A program made the position numbers and the translations under genes. A DNA stretch of 64,000 bases from Methylococcaceae bacterium. GTDB taxonomy: Bacteria > Pseudomonadota > Gammaproteobacteria > Methylococcales > Methylomonadaceae. Below are positions 1 to 9,447 of this stretch, in pieces; the first letter of the stretch is position 1; each line of letters begins with the position of its first letter. A model generated the notes under the pieces. That model was not told where the DNA came from. It ran no database searches and saw nothing but the letters and a program-made list of their open reading frames with translations. Where the stretch lies: NCBI GenBank assembly GCA_037130115.1, contig JBAXTQ010000003.1, forward strand, positions 430 through 64,429. The letters are read 5' to 3'.

Positions 1-1473
1 GCGCCTTATCTGCTTCCATTGGCTACTGCTCCAGGTTGGGGCGTAACTTCAATCCTGACCACTGGAACTGCGGTTGGCGGTTATACCATGGGCGGTCTTC
101 CTGACGGTTTGGGTGCCTTTGATAACAACGATGGTACTTTTACTGTATTGATGAATCATGAGTGGAATAATACTGTCGGTTCTGCGCACACGCATAACCC
201 TGGCGCGGCTACTGGCGGTGCTTATGTATCTAAATGGGTGATTGATAAATCTACTTTAGAAGTACAAAGCGGTAGTGATTTGATCACTAAAGTCTATGGT
301 TGGGATAACGGACTTCAAAAATCACAGTCAGTTTCTAATCTGACGACTACGTTTAGTCGTTTCTGTTCTGCCGACCTGCCAGCTGCGAGTGCCTTGTTTA
401 ATATGGCAACCGGTAACGGTAGTCAGGCAAAATTGTTTATGACGGGTGAGGAAGGTGGTAGCACCGGATGGGCGCAAGCAACAGTTGTTACCGGTGTAGA
501 TGCAGGCAGCAGCTACACCTTGGGTAAATTCAATTTGGCAACCAACGGCTCTGGCGGAACGGCTGTCGGCGGCTGGGAAAATATTTTAATTAATCCTTTC
601 GCGCAAGATAAAACTATTGCTATCGGCACCAACGATGGCGGTACTGGTATCATGAACAATACGGTTGGCGTGTATGTAGGTACCAAAACCAATACCGGTT
701 CTGAAGTTGATAAAGCAGGTTTGAACAATGGTAATCTGAAGTTTATTAATGTTACCGGCAATGCTGCTGAAATCGTTAATAACACCACACGCGCTACCAA
801 TATCGTTGATGGTGCAGCGTTTACTTTAAGCGACACGGCTACCACATTTTCTCGTCCTGAAGATGGTACCTGGAGCGCTGATGGCAGCAAGTTCTGGTTT
901 GTGACGACTGACCAACTCGACAAAACTGAAATTACAGGTCAAACCCAGGTGGGTCGTTCACGTTTATGGGAATTGGATTTCACGGATATTGCCAATCCAG
1001 AATTCGGCGGCACTATTAAAAAGCTTCTGGATGGTACTGAAGGCCAAATCATGATGGACAACATGACGGTATCAGCTGATGGCAAATCATTGATATTGCA
1101 AGAAGATACCGGTAATGCTCCGCATAACGCCAAAGTATGGTCTTATGATTTGGCTACCGATTCATTAACCTCTATCTTAAAACATGATGCTTCTTTATTT
1201 GGTGATGTAGTTGGAGGTACTGTGGTAGCGGGTTCTATTACTGCCGATGAAGAATCTTCAGGCGTGATTGATGTGTCAGCTATTTTGGGTTATGACGCAT
1301 TCTTGTTGGTGACGCAAAATCATGCCGCTTCCGGCAATCCATTAACTGTTGAAGGCGGTCAGTTGCAATTATTGACTGCGCCCGCAGCCGTTCCGGTTCC
1401 AGGAGCCGTTTGGTTGTTCGGTTCTGCAATTATGGGATTTATGGGTTTTACACGTCGTAATAAAAAAGGCTAA
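1..1473 (+). CDS. PhoX/DUF839-like beta-propeller phosphatase with C-terminal VPVP (PEP-CTERM-type) sorting signal; 5'-truncated by window edge
   Basis: Frame open from base 1 (APYLLPLATAPGW...). PhoX-like motifs NHE, FSRFCS, TGEE, GWEN, RPED, MDN, QED, ESSG. C-terminus VPVPGAVWLFGSAIMGFMGFTRRNKKG (TM helix plus basic tail). Confidence 0.75.
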   Translation, partial: APYLLPLATAPGWGVTSILTTGTAVGGYTMGGLPDGLGAFDNNDGTFTVLMNHEWNNTVGSAHTHNPGAATGGAYVSKWVIDKSTLEVQSGSDLITKVYGWDNGLQKSQSVSNLTTTFSRFCSADLPAASALFNMATGNGSQAKLFMTGEEGGSTGWAQATVVTGVDAGSSYTLGKFNLATNGSGGTAVGGWENILINPFAQDKTIAIGTNDGGTGIMNNTVGVYVGTKTNTGSEVDKAGLNNGNLKFINVTGNAAEIVNNTTRATNIVDGAAFTLSDTATTFSRPEDGTWSADGSKFWFVTTDQLDKTEITGQTQVGRSRLWELDFTDIANPEFGGTIKKLLDGTEGQIMMDNMTVSADGKSLILQEDTGNAPHNAKVWSYDLATDSLTSILKHDASLFGDVVGGTVVAGSITADEESSGVIDVSAILGYDAFLLVTQNHAASGNPLTVEGGQLQLLTAPAAVPVPGAVWLFGSAIMGFMGFTRRNKKG

Positions 1474-1512
1474 ATTGCCTCAGGTTTAAGCCCGGCAACT
1501 GGGTGTTTTAAC

Positions 1513-1548
1513 AAAAGCGGTGGCAAGGCAATCTTGTCGCCGCTTTTT
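1513..1548 (+). terminator. Rho-independent terminator
   Basis: AAAAGCGGTGGCAAG-gcaat-CTTGTCGCCGCTTTTT hairpin with T-tract just after the stop at 1473. Confidence 0.8.
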
Positions 1549-1604
1549 CTATTTTTAGCCTAAGGAATTTTTACTTAATTCTTAACGATTCTCAGAACAA
1601 ACCA

Positions 1605-1661
1605 AATGTGTTTATTCCGTTCGCAGTTCGCTTGTCGAACCCTGAGCGGAATAAACACATT
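1605..1661. repeat. REP-like inverted repeat
   Basis: AATGTGTTTATTCCGTTC...GAGCGGAATAAACACATT arms. The core resembles the CCGTTCG..GAGC..GTCGAA repeat at 46550. Confidence 0.6.
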
Positions 1662-1687
1662 CAGTACATATATTTTGGAAACATTCT

Positions 1688-2317
1688 ATGAGCACTCTCA
1701 AGCTGCAAGGTATGCAGCCCTTATTTTATTCACCGCTGACTGTTTTTGAGATGGAAGAAGCCCAAGCGCTTAATTCTCAATTACTCTCGGAAATTGGAGT
1801 GTTACGGGCAGATTCAGCGGGGATGTCGCGTAGCAACTGGCGAGGCTGGCACTCCGATGATGATTTTTTTATGCGCAGCGAACCTGGTTTTCAGGCTTTG
1901 CGTAAGCATATTGTGGAAGCGATTCAACTGGCTACCAAAAACGTCTCTCCCGGTTTTGACTTTCCGCTTTATAGCATTCAGGCCGAGGGTTGGGTAAATG
2001 TACTGGGTCGCGGCGGCCTTAATACGCCGCATGACCATCCCAATTGGACTTGGTCTGGCTGCTACTATGTCAGTGTGCCCGAAGGCGATAAAGACTTAAG
2101 TGGCAACATCGAATTTTTTGATACTCGCACCAACGTACGCACCTTGGCAGTAGAGGGTGCCGCCTGCTTTGCCAGTAAATTCATCATGAAGCCGCAAGCC
2201 GGTATGCTGTTGATATTTCCGTCTTATTTGCGACACTGGGTTTATCCCAACGAGAGCGAAGAAGATCGCGTATCGATTGCCTTTAATGCCCGCTTTGCAA
2301 AAACCGTTCGCTCTTGA
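1688..2317 (+). CDS. Putative 2OG-Fe(II) oxygenase (TIGR02466-like)
   Basis: HDHPNWTWSGCYYV and PQAGMLLIFPSYLRHWVYPN...RVSIAFN motifs (HxH...H...RxS). Confidence 0.75.
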   Translation: MSTLKLQGMQPLFYSPLTVFEMEEAQALNSQLLSEIGVLRADSAGMSRSNWRGWHSDDDFFMRSEPGFQALRKHIVEAIQLATKNVSPGFDFPLYSIQAEGWVNVLGRGGLNTPHDHPNWTWSGCYYVSVPEGDKDLSGNIEFFDTRTNVRTLAVEGAACFASKFIMKPQAGMLLIFPSYLRHWVYPNESEEDRVSIAFNARFAKTVRS

Positions 2318-2389
2318 TGTTTAAGCTGCGAGATTTAGCCTGCGCACCCAGCACAAATACGGGAGAGCCAGCGATAATAATCTCTCACT

Positions 2390-2436
2390 TATCACCAAGA
2401 AAAAACTTCGTGCCCTTCGTGTCTTCGTGGTGAATA
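2390..2436. repeat. CACCACGAAGACACGAAG-family palindromic repeat
   Basis: CTTCGTGTCTTCGTGGT motif, also at 16027-16043 and 16190-16206; lies between convergent genes. Confidence 0.7.
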
Positions 2437-2460
2437 GTTTTTAATATTTTTCCCGAACCG

Positions 2461-3378
2461 TCAATACGTCATCAGAACCTCTTGTACCCGATTGGGAAAG
2501 TCGGAAATCAAACCGGTAACACCGACTGCAATCAGTTGGCGCATATCGTCTTTATTGTTACACGTCCAAACATTAACATGACGACCGCTTTCACGAACAG
2601 TAGTAATGTCGTCCAGATTTAATTTGCGGAGTCCCGTTGCATCCCTGTCACCATAGCAATTGGGATGGTAAGCCGTAGCGTCGAGTAATTGCAGGTAGTT
2701 ATTTAGATTTTCAATGCGCTCATTTGTCAAAACGGCAATAGCGATGATTTTTGTGAGTTGACGTACTTTTTGCAACTCATTATGCTCAAATGATGAAATC
2801 AGAACCTGATGCTCCATGTTCATGACTTCGATCAGCTTGACAACCTTTTCTGCCAGCTCTGTCGTCACATTGGGCTGCGTTTTGAGTTCTATGTTAACCA
2901 TCATATCGGCGTCTCTGGCAAATTCCAGTGTCTGCTTTAACGTGGGGATTTTTATATTACCGGAGGCATAGCGTATGCGATCTTCCGGGCTGACAAATCG
3001 GGTTAATTCTTCGTCAGTCAAGGTTTGCAGAAATTCTTGTCTTTGCGTGTATGGCAACGATAGTTGTTCGATATACCAGCTACCCGCATCCAGCGTGTTT
3101 AATTCTTCGTAGGTAAAATCCCAAATAAAATAGCGGGTGCGGTCTGGAAATTTTGCTTTAGCATCCGTGCATCGGGTTAATTGTTCGTCGTGATGAACCA
3201 TTAATTCTCCGTCTTTTGATAAGCGAACATCTATTTCAAACAGTTGGCACGCAAAGGTTTTCGCTTTCTGAAAGGCCGCCAAGGTATTTTCCGGCGCAAA
3301 TGCCCGCGCTCCCCGGTGGGCTATATTTAGAAAATCAGTGGGTGTTTTTTGGGGTGTATGTAATGACATCATATTCAA
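2461..3378 (-). CDS. Glycerophosphodiester phosphodiesterase (GDPD)
   Basis: IAHRGARAFAPENTLAAF, EIDVRLSKDG..VHHD, NIELK, GLISDFP motifs. Confidence 0.9.
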   Translation of the reverse strand: MNMMSLHTPQKTPTDFLNIAHRGARAFAPENTLAAFQKAKTFACQLFEIDVRLSKDGELMVHHDEQLTRCTDAKAKFPDRTRYFIWDFTYEELNTLDAGSWYIEQLSLPYTQRQEFLQTLTDEELTRFVSPEDRIRYASGNIKIPTLKQTLEFARDADMMVNIELKTQPNVTTELAEKVVKLIEVMNMEHQVLISSFEHNELQKVRQLTKIIAIAVLTNERIENLNNYLQLLDATAYHPNCYGDRDATGLRKLNLDDITTVRESGRHVNVWTCNNKDDMRQLIAVGVTGLISDFPNRVQEVLMTY

Positions 3379-3695
3379 AATTACTTATGTGTTTTAAGCA
3401 GTCAATGCTATTCGGTCAACTCAGCCGGACGGTAAGTGTCAATTTATTATTCCAAGTCACGTATTGATGGTCGTTTGCTTCGCAATTATCAGCTAATATT
3501 AAACTTTCAAACCGAAAATTAACAAGACTATATTGTTAAAACGATAACTAATGATAATATCAACAGAATGATGTCGGAAAACAGGGTGCTGAAAGTTTAA
3601 TCAAGGTTAGAAACCGAAAGTAAAAAGAACCGGATGCTGCACCCTTATAACATGACGCTGTGGTTAATATATTTATCTCTCAAGGAGACTAATCT

Positions 3696-5390
3696 ATGCA
3701 AGGTCAACATGGATTTTTTATTCAATTTTTACGGTTAGCGGGGCCCTTTTGGAATTCCGAAAACAAGGCGGTTATCCGCAATCAGACATTGGCTTTAATC
3801 GTTCTTACTGTATTGCAGATGGCGCTTGCCGTCATTATTACGGAATGGAGCGCCGCCCTGTTCAATGCACTTGAACAGCATTCCATGTCGGGGCTGTTGA
3901 CCCAGATTGGCTATCTTGTTTTAATTTTTGCAGCCAGTATGGCGGTCACCGCCGTGCACATGAAAGTTAAACGGCAGCTGCAAATCGGCTGGCGCTCCTG
4001 GCTGACAGAGCGCGTAATCGGTCGATGGATGAACAAAGGTCGTCATTACCAGGTATTGCACATACAGACAGTCGAGCATGATAACCCTGATGGTCGGATC
4101 GCAGAAGATATTCGTATTGCAACCGATGAAGCCATTAGCCTTTGTCATACGCTATTTTATAGCTTGTTATTAATTATCAGTTTTACCCAAATTCTCTGGG
4201 AGCTTTCCGGTACGGTCATTCTGGATTTAGGGTTGTTTAAATTACCTGTTTATGGCTATTTAGTCTGGGTGGCGGTAATTTATTCAGCGGCCGCTTCTGT
4301 TTTAGGCTGGTGGGCAAGCCAACCCTTAACACTGACAACAAACGCCATGCAAACCGCTGAAGCCAATTTTCGGTTCGGCTTGGTGAAGGCAAGAGAAAAT
4401 TCCCAAGCAATCGCTCTGATTCATGGAGAAACCAATGAGAAAAAACGTTTTCTTGATTTTTTTCAAAACATTACCACGGTTTATGACCGTCAAACCCATG
4501 CCTGGGTAAATATTCTTCTCTTCAACTCAGGCTATGGGGTTTTGTCTATGGCGGTGCCTGTCCTGATAGCCGCGCCACGCTATATTCTTGGGAACATTAC
4601 TCTCGGTGCCTTGATGCAATCAGCTCAGGCATTTCAACAAATGTCATCTGCGTTGTCTTGGCCGGTCAATAATATGGCACCCATTGCACAATGGCGTGCT
4701 TCGGTTGAGCGTGTTTTGGGATTGGTTAAAGCCTTGGAAGATTTGGAACTGGAAATAGCCAAGCCCGATCCGCAACGCATTCTGATGGAAAAACCGAATA
4801 AATCCGCATTGTGTTTTTATGATCTGTGCCTCTCCCAGCTCGATGGCAAAATCATTTTTTGTGGCTTAAATGCCCAAATCAGACCGGGTGAACGTGTCCT
4901 TATCTCTGGCGACGCTTTTACAGGTGCCCGACTTTTTAAAGCGATTGCCGGTCTCTGGCCTTGGGGGCGTGGACGTATTGAATTACCGGATGGCGATCCC
5001 ATGTTCTTCATGCCGCCACGTCCGTATTTACCCGACGGGACGCTACATGAGGCTATTTGCTACCCTTCGCCCCCTGAAACATTTACCGCCGCTTTAATTA
5101 ATGAGTTGCTTACATTGGCCGGGCTTGAAGACTTGCAGGAACAACTTGAGCAAGCCGATGCCTGGGAAAAAGTATTGACCCGTGGACAGCAACAGCGCTT
5201 GGGATTGGTGCGTTTGTTGTTATATCGTCCCAAATGGATTCTTTTGCAAGAAGCCTTCGACTCACTTGATCCCGACGGCGAAGTATCGATGCTGCGCATT
5301 ATCTGTCAAGAGTTGCCTGACGCGGCGTTGCTATCGATTACCAATCAACCTTCTGCGGTAGCGTTTCATAACCGTAAGATTGTGCTATGA
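3696..5390 (+). CDS. YddA/BacA-like ABC transporter (TMD + degenerate NBD)
   Basis: DNPDGRIAEDI, EANFRFGLV, ITLGALMQSAQAF, AIAGLWPWGRG, FMPPRPYLP motifs. Walker A, Walker B and H-loop are degenerate. Confidence 0.85.
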   Translation: MQGQHGFFIQFLRLAGPFWNSENKAVIRNQTLALIVLTVLQMALAVIITEWSAALFNALEQHSMSGLLTQIGYLVLIFAASMAVTAVHMKVKRQLQIGWRSWLTERVIGRWMNKGRHYQVLHIQTVEHDNPDGRIAEDIRIATDEAISLCHTLFYSLLLIISFTQILWELSGTVILDLGLFKLPVYGYLVWVAVIYSAAASVLGWWASQPLTLTTNAMQTAEANFRFGLVKARENSQAIALIHGETNEKKRFLDFFQNITTVYDRQTHAWVNILLFNSGYGVLSMAVPVLIAAPRYILGNITLGALMQSAQAFQQMSSALSWPVNNMAPIAQWRASVERVLGLVKALEDLELEIAKPDPQRILMEKPNKSALCFYDLCLSQLDGKIIFCGLNAQIRPGERVLISGDAFTGARLFKAIAGLWPWGRGRIELPDGDPMFFMPPRPYLPDGTLHEAICYPSPPETFTAALINELLTLAGLEDLQEQLEQADAWEKVLTRGQQQRLGLVRLLLYRPKWILLQEAFDSLDPDGEVSMLRIICQELPDAALLSITNQPSAVAFHNRKIVL

Positions 5391-5421
5391 AACTTCATTT
5401 TACAGACGGAGAGTTACTATT

Positions 5422-6567
5422 TTGAATCAAGAACTGGACAGTAAATTTAGCAAGAAATTACGTGGCGTTAATTTGGGTGGCTGGCTGGTGCTTGAAAAAT
5501 GGATGACGCCCAGTCTTTTTGAAGGTCTTCAAGCGACGGATGAAACCTCCTACTGCGTTGAGCTTGGAGTACAGGCAGAGCCGGCACTCAAAAAGCACTG
5601 GGACACTTTTATTACCGCCGAGGATTTTGCCTGGCTTGCTAAAACAGGCATCAATGCCGTGCGGATTCCCGTGGGGCATTGGTTGTTTGGCGCGGATTAT
5701 CCGTATCATCCGGCTTATGGCGCATTACCACATCCTTTTGTTGAAGGCGGTGTTGCCATTCTTGATCGCGCTTTCGACTGGGCAGAGCAGTATGGTTTAT
5801 TGATTGTTCTGGATTTACATGCCGCGCCCGGTTGCCAAAACGGCTTTGATAATGGCGGTATCCTGAATGTGTGCGAATGGCACACCCAAGAAGATTATAT
5901 CAATTACGCCTTACTGATTTTGGAGCGACTGGCCGAGCGTTACCATAACAAACCCGCCTTGCATGCTATTGAAGTGTTAAACGAGCCGCGCTGGGATATT
6001 GATACACAGCTGTTAAAAAAATATACCACCGAGGCTTATCACCGAATCCGAAAATACTGCCATGCAAAGGATGTGGCGGTTGTTTATCATGATGGTTTTC
6101 GGTCATTTCGTGAATATACCGGCTTTTTAACAGAACCCGAATTTAGCAATGTGGTGTTGGACATACATCGTTACCAGTGCTTTGTTCAGACTGACATCGA
6201 TCTGGATATTTACGGCCACATTCGCAGTTCAGTGGTCGATTGGAAGAACGAAGCCGATGACATCATACAGGATGGACATTCAACTTATGTGGGCGAATGG
6301 AGTTTGGGTCTGCATTTAAAATTTGTTTCGCTTTGGGCAGAAGGGCCTTTCACGGATACCTTGCAAGCGATGGACAGCTTTCAAAAATCACTGGCCTACC
6401 GAGCCTATGCTTCCGCCCAATTGATGACCTTTGAAAAATATTCAGGCTGGTTTTTTTGGAGTTATAAAACAGAAACAACGCCAGAATGGTGCTTTAGAGA
6501 ATGTGTTAACCGGGGTTGGTTGCCTGATAACTTTGCCAACGAAGCACTGGGTCAGGATAACAACTGA
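5422..6567 (+). CDS. Glycoside hydrolase family 5 (exo-1,3-beta-glucanase-like), no signal peptide
   Basis: RGVNLGGWLVLEKW, VRIPVGHW, DLHAAPGCQNG, NEP (acid/base), VGEWS (nucleophile), GWFFWSYK. TTG start at 5422 has GGAG upstream (track start 5380 is an alternative). Confidence 0.85.
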   Translation: MNQELDSKFSKKLRGVNLGGWLVLEKWMTPSLFEGLQATDETSYCVELGVQAEPALKKHWDTFITAEDFAWLAKTGINAVRIPVGHWLFGADYPYHPAYGALPHPFVEGGVAILDRAFDWAEQYGLLIVLDLHAAPGCQNGFDNGGILNVCEWHTQEDYINYALLILERLAERYHNKPALHAIEVLNEPRWDIDTQLLKKYTTEAYHRIRKYCHAKDVAVVYHDGFRSFREYTGFLTEPEFSNVVLDIHRYQCFVQTDIDLDIYGHIRSSVVDWKNEADDIIQDGHSTYVGEWSLGLHLKFVSLWAEGPFTDTLQAMDSFQKSLAYRAYASAQLMTFEKYSGWFFWSYKTETTPEWCFRECVNRGWLPDNFANEALGQDNN

Positions 6568-6669
6568 ATGCTTGGCATTCCAGGCTGGACGGGGAATTCG
6601 CCGTGTTGGTAATGTTTTAATTGGCTATAAAAAAACCAACATTAAGCCATCGAATAAGGAATCAATTAT

Positions 6670-6703
6670 GATGGGTTTCGGCTATCGCCTCTACCCATCC
6701 TAC
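6670..6703 (-). repeat. GTAG-type REP
   Basis: Reverse complement GTAGGATGGGTAGAGGCGATAGCCGAAACCCATC. Confidence 0.7.
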
Positions 6704-6751
6704 GCGCTAACGGGGCTTGACGAACAAAAATAGATGGCCAGAATAGTTGTA

Positions 6752-6790
6752 TTGACTTATTGATATAACTACACTAATGTAACTACAAAT
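6752..6790 (+). promoter_or_regulatory. sigma70 promoter of brnTA with probable operator
   Basis: TTGACT (6752-6757)-N17-TAATGT (6775-6780), overlapped by two TAACTACA copies and the near-palindrome TGTAACTACA. Confidence 0.6.
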
Positions 6791-6805
6791 TAAACAGGAT
6801 TTAAA

Positions 6806-7091
6806 ATGTTTTCATGGGATGAAGAAAAAAAATGAATCAAATCGAAAAAAGCACGGTGTTGGTTTTGAAATGGCTCAATTTGTATTTAATGATCCACTAC
6901 ATATATCACGGCAAGATCGAGTTGAGAACGGTGAGCAGCGATGGCAGACAATGGGTATAGTTGGTAGTGTGGTTCTGCTTTTGGTGGCTCATACATGGCA
7001 AGTCACTGAAGATAATTCTGAACATATCCGAATTATCTCAGCAAGACGCGCTACTAGAATGGAGAAAATAGTTTATGAAAAAAATGTCTAA
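6806..7091 (+). CDS. brnT: BrnT (DUF497) toxin; N-terminus split by a +1 A in an A8 run
   Basis: NRKKHG..FE.A..VF.DP...D...GE.RW.T.G...HIRIISARRAT. ATG at 6806 reads MFSWDEEKK-stop; the in-frame track start is 6819. Confidence 0.85.
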
Positions 7092-7341
7092 GTCTATGCT
7101 GCAAGAATTAAGTGCATTAAAGGCAATGCCCGAAACAGAAATTGATTTTACTGATATCCCTTCTACACAAGAGCGGGATTGGTTGGGAGCAGAACGCGGA
7201 AAGTTTTATCGCCCCGTTAAACAGCAATTGACAGTTCGTGTTGATGCTGATGTATTAGCTTGGCTAAAGAGTCAGGGTAAGGGTTACCAAAGTCGATTAA
7301 ATGAAATATTACGATCTGCCATGCTAGAAAAGATTAATTAA
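7075..7341 (+). CDS. brnA: BrnA (DUF4415) antitoxin
   Basis: IDFTDIP...FYRPVKQQLTVRVDADVLAWLKSQGKGYQSRLNEILR; overlaps brnT. Confidence 0.9.
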   Translation: MKKMSKSMLQELSALKAMPETEIDFTDIPSTQERDWLGAERGKFYRPVKQQLTVRVDADVLAWLKSQGKGYQSRLNEILRSAMLEKIN

Positions 7342-7415
7342 CTATTCCTAAAACTCAAATCAAAATACACTCTTAATTTTTGATTCCAGTAGACAGTCTG
7401 TAACAAGCAATAGGC

Positions 7416-7466
7416 GTAGGCCGGAATAAGACCACCCAAGCGTAGCGCGTAGTGGCGTTTCCGGCA
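7416..7466 (+). repeat. GTAG-type REP
   Basis: GTAGGCCGGAATAAG...GGCGTTTCCGGCA. Confidence 0.65.
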
Positions 7467-7608
7467 TACTCGTACCGCTGCCGGAGTTTAGGAAATTGTG
7501 CAGTTCGTGGAGGTCAGGCTCTGCCTGACCTCCATTGCAGGCGTATTCCCAATCCCGGCAGGAATAACGAGTTTTGGGTGTCCTCACATACTTGTGTATA
7601 ACGATGAG

Positions 7609-7700
7609 CACTCCAGCGTGGGAATTCATCCGGCAACGCTCCAGCGTTGCGTGACGGGGGAGCGTTACTGTCGGCATTCCCACGCCGGAGCGTGGAACGA
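7609..7700. repeat. REPIN-like doublet (TTCCCACGC..AGCGTGGGAA family)
   Basis: CTCCAGCGTGGGAATTC...ACGCTCCAGCGT...GCATTCCCACGCCGGAGCGTGGAACGA; a further copy at 53685-53710. Confidence 0.7.
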
Positions 7701-7774
7701 TAGAGTGGGAGTTACTTTAGGCAGGTTCCCAAGTTGAAAAATAAGCAACTGGAAACAAGTTGATGAGACGGTAT

Positions 7775-8467
7775 TTATTCTTTGCTAAAAATCAAATCCC
7801 AAACGCCGTGTCCTAGTCTTATACCACGTTGCTCAAATTTGGTTAACGGACGGTATTCCGGGCATGGGCAATAATCCTGGGTCGGACTGGTATTCTTTAA
7901 AATATTGCCTTCGGATAAAACGGCCAACATGGCTTCGGCATAATTTTCCCAGTCGGTTGCCGCGTGAAAGTAACCTCCGGGTTTTAATTTCTTGACCAAC
8001 AAATCCACAAAGCTGGGTCGCACGATGCGTCTTTTATGATGTTTCTTTTTATGCCAGGGGTCAGGAAAGAATAGATGTACACCCGCCAAGCTGTTATCGG
8101 CAATTTTTTGTTCCAAAATCTCGATAGCATCGTGACAATAAATTCTGACGTTATTAATACCTTGCTCATGCAGTAATATGAGTAAATGACCAACGCCCGG
8201 TGTGTGGACTTCAATGCCAATATAATTATTGTCAGGATTGGCGGCCGCCATCTTGGCCAAGCTATCGCCATTGCCAAAACCAATTTCGACGAATAGCGGT
8301 GCGTCACGCCCGAACACTTGTGCAAAATCATAATCGGTTTTGGGATCCAGACAATAAGTTGCCCAATGATTATCCAAAGCCAGTTGTTGACCGGGCGTAA
8401 GACGACCCTGCCTGCGAATAAAGCTGCGGATTCTTTGCGGAAGGGTTTGTTCAGAAACGGTCATCAT
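7775..8467 (-). CDS. trmB: tRNA (guanine-N7)-methyltransferase
   Basis: RSFIRRQGRLT, VEIGFGNG, FFPDPWHKKKHHKRR, ATDWENYA, TKFEQRG. Confidence 0.95.
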   Translation of the reverse strand: MMTVSEQTLPQRIRSFIRRQGRLTPGQQLALDNHWATYCLDPKTDYDFAQVFGRDAPLFVEIGFGNGDSLAKMAAANPDNNYIGIEVHTPGVGHLLILLHEQGINNVRIYCHDAIEILEQKIADNSLAGVHLFFPDPWHKKKHHKRRIVRPSFVDLLVKKLKPGGYFHAATDWENYAEAMLAVLSEGNILKNTSPTQDYCPCPEYRPLTKFEQRGIRLGHGVWDLIFSKE

Positions 8468-8469
8468 TA

Positions 8470-9447
8470 TTAAAAGAACAACCCGTCTATAGGCGATGAC
8501 GCAGAGGCAAAGCGCTTTCTGGGCATACGACCCGCTAAAAAGGCTTCACGGCCTGCTTCAATGCCTTTACGCATGGCCGAAGCCATGAGTATCGGGTTTT
8601 TGGCTTCGGCAATGGCCGTGTTCATTAGCACGCCGGCACAACCTAATTCCATGGCAATGGCGGCATCTGAGGCGGTGCCTACACCCGCATCCACTAAAAT
8701 GGGTACGCCGGCATTTTCAATGATGGTTAAAATATTATAAGGATTACGGATGCCCAAACCGGAGCCGATAGGCGCGGCCAGCGGCATAACGGCAATACAG
8801 CCAATATCTTCCAGTCTTTTTGCGGCAATCGGGTCATCATTGGTATAAACCATGACATCAAAACCGTCTTTAACCAGTAATTTGGCCGCGATATAGGTTT
8901 CAGCGACATCAGGAAACAAGGTTCTTTGGTCGGCCAATACTTCCAGTTTAACCAGATTATGACCGCCAAGTAATTCCCGACCCAACCGACAGGTTCTTAC
9001 GGCATCTTCGGCCGTATAACAACCGGCTGTGTTCGGCAAAATGGTGTATTTATCGGGCGAAATAACATCCAGCAAGTTGGGTTCGCCGGGGTTCTGGCCT
9101 ATATTGGTACGGCGAATAGCGACGGTCACAATTTGGGCACCACTGGCTTCAATAGCCAGGCGGGTTTCTTCCAAATCTTTATATTTACCGGTGCCGACCA
9201 GTAGCCGGGAATGATAAGTGACGCCTGCAAGAACAAAGGAATCGTCTTGTCCACCACCAATGGCATGCACAATTTCCAGGCGATCTTCAGCCTGTAAAGG
9301 TTGGGCAGCGTATTGCTGGAAGGGCAAGATTTCCTTGTTTAATTCAATCGCGATTTTTTTGCCGGTTAAGCCCATGCCTGCAATGACATCAGCAACCGTG
9401 GTGTTCTCGGTATAGTCACGGGCTTCACCATTAACATAAATGATCAT
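8470..9447 (-). CDS. thiG: Fused sulfur carrier ThiS / thiazole synthase ThiG
   Basis: MIIYVNGE...IVHAIGGG (ThiS) continues in frame into [10 protein letters not shown]...PNTAGC...KLEV...[10 protein letters not shown] (ThiG). ATG at 9447 overlaps the aroG stop (TGATG). Confidence 0.93.
   Translation of the reverse strand: MIIYVNGEARDYTENTTVADVIAGMGLTGKKIAIELNKEILPFQQYAAQPLQAEDRLEIVHAIGGGQDDSFVLAGVTYHSRLLVGTGKYKDLEETRLAIEASGAQIVTVAIRRTNIGQNPGEPNLLDVISPDKYTILPNTAGCYTAEDAVRTCRLGRELLGGHNLVKLEVLADQRTLFPDVAETYIAAKLLVKDGFDVMVYTNDDPIAAKRLEDIGCIAVMPLAAPIGSGLGIRNPYNILTIIENAGVPILVDAGVGTASDAAIAMELGCAGVLMNTAIAEAKNPILMASAMRKGIEAGREAFLAGRMPRKRFASASSPIDGLFF

Noticed and set aside
7360-7737. ORFs 7360-7683 (-) and 7498-7737 (+), possible RAYT transposase remnant (RDWEY)
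   Set aside because: They run through REP/REPIN sequence and show no HUH motif; similarity is too weak.
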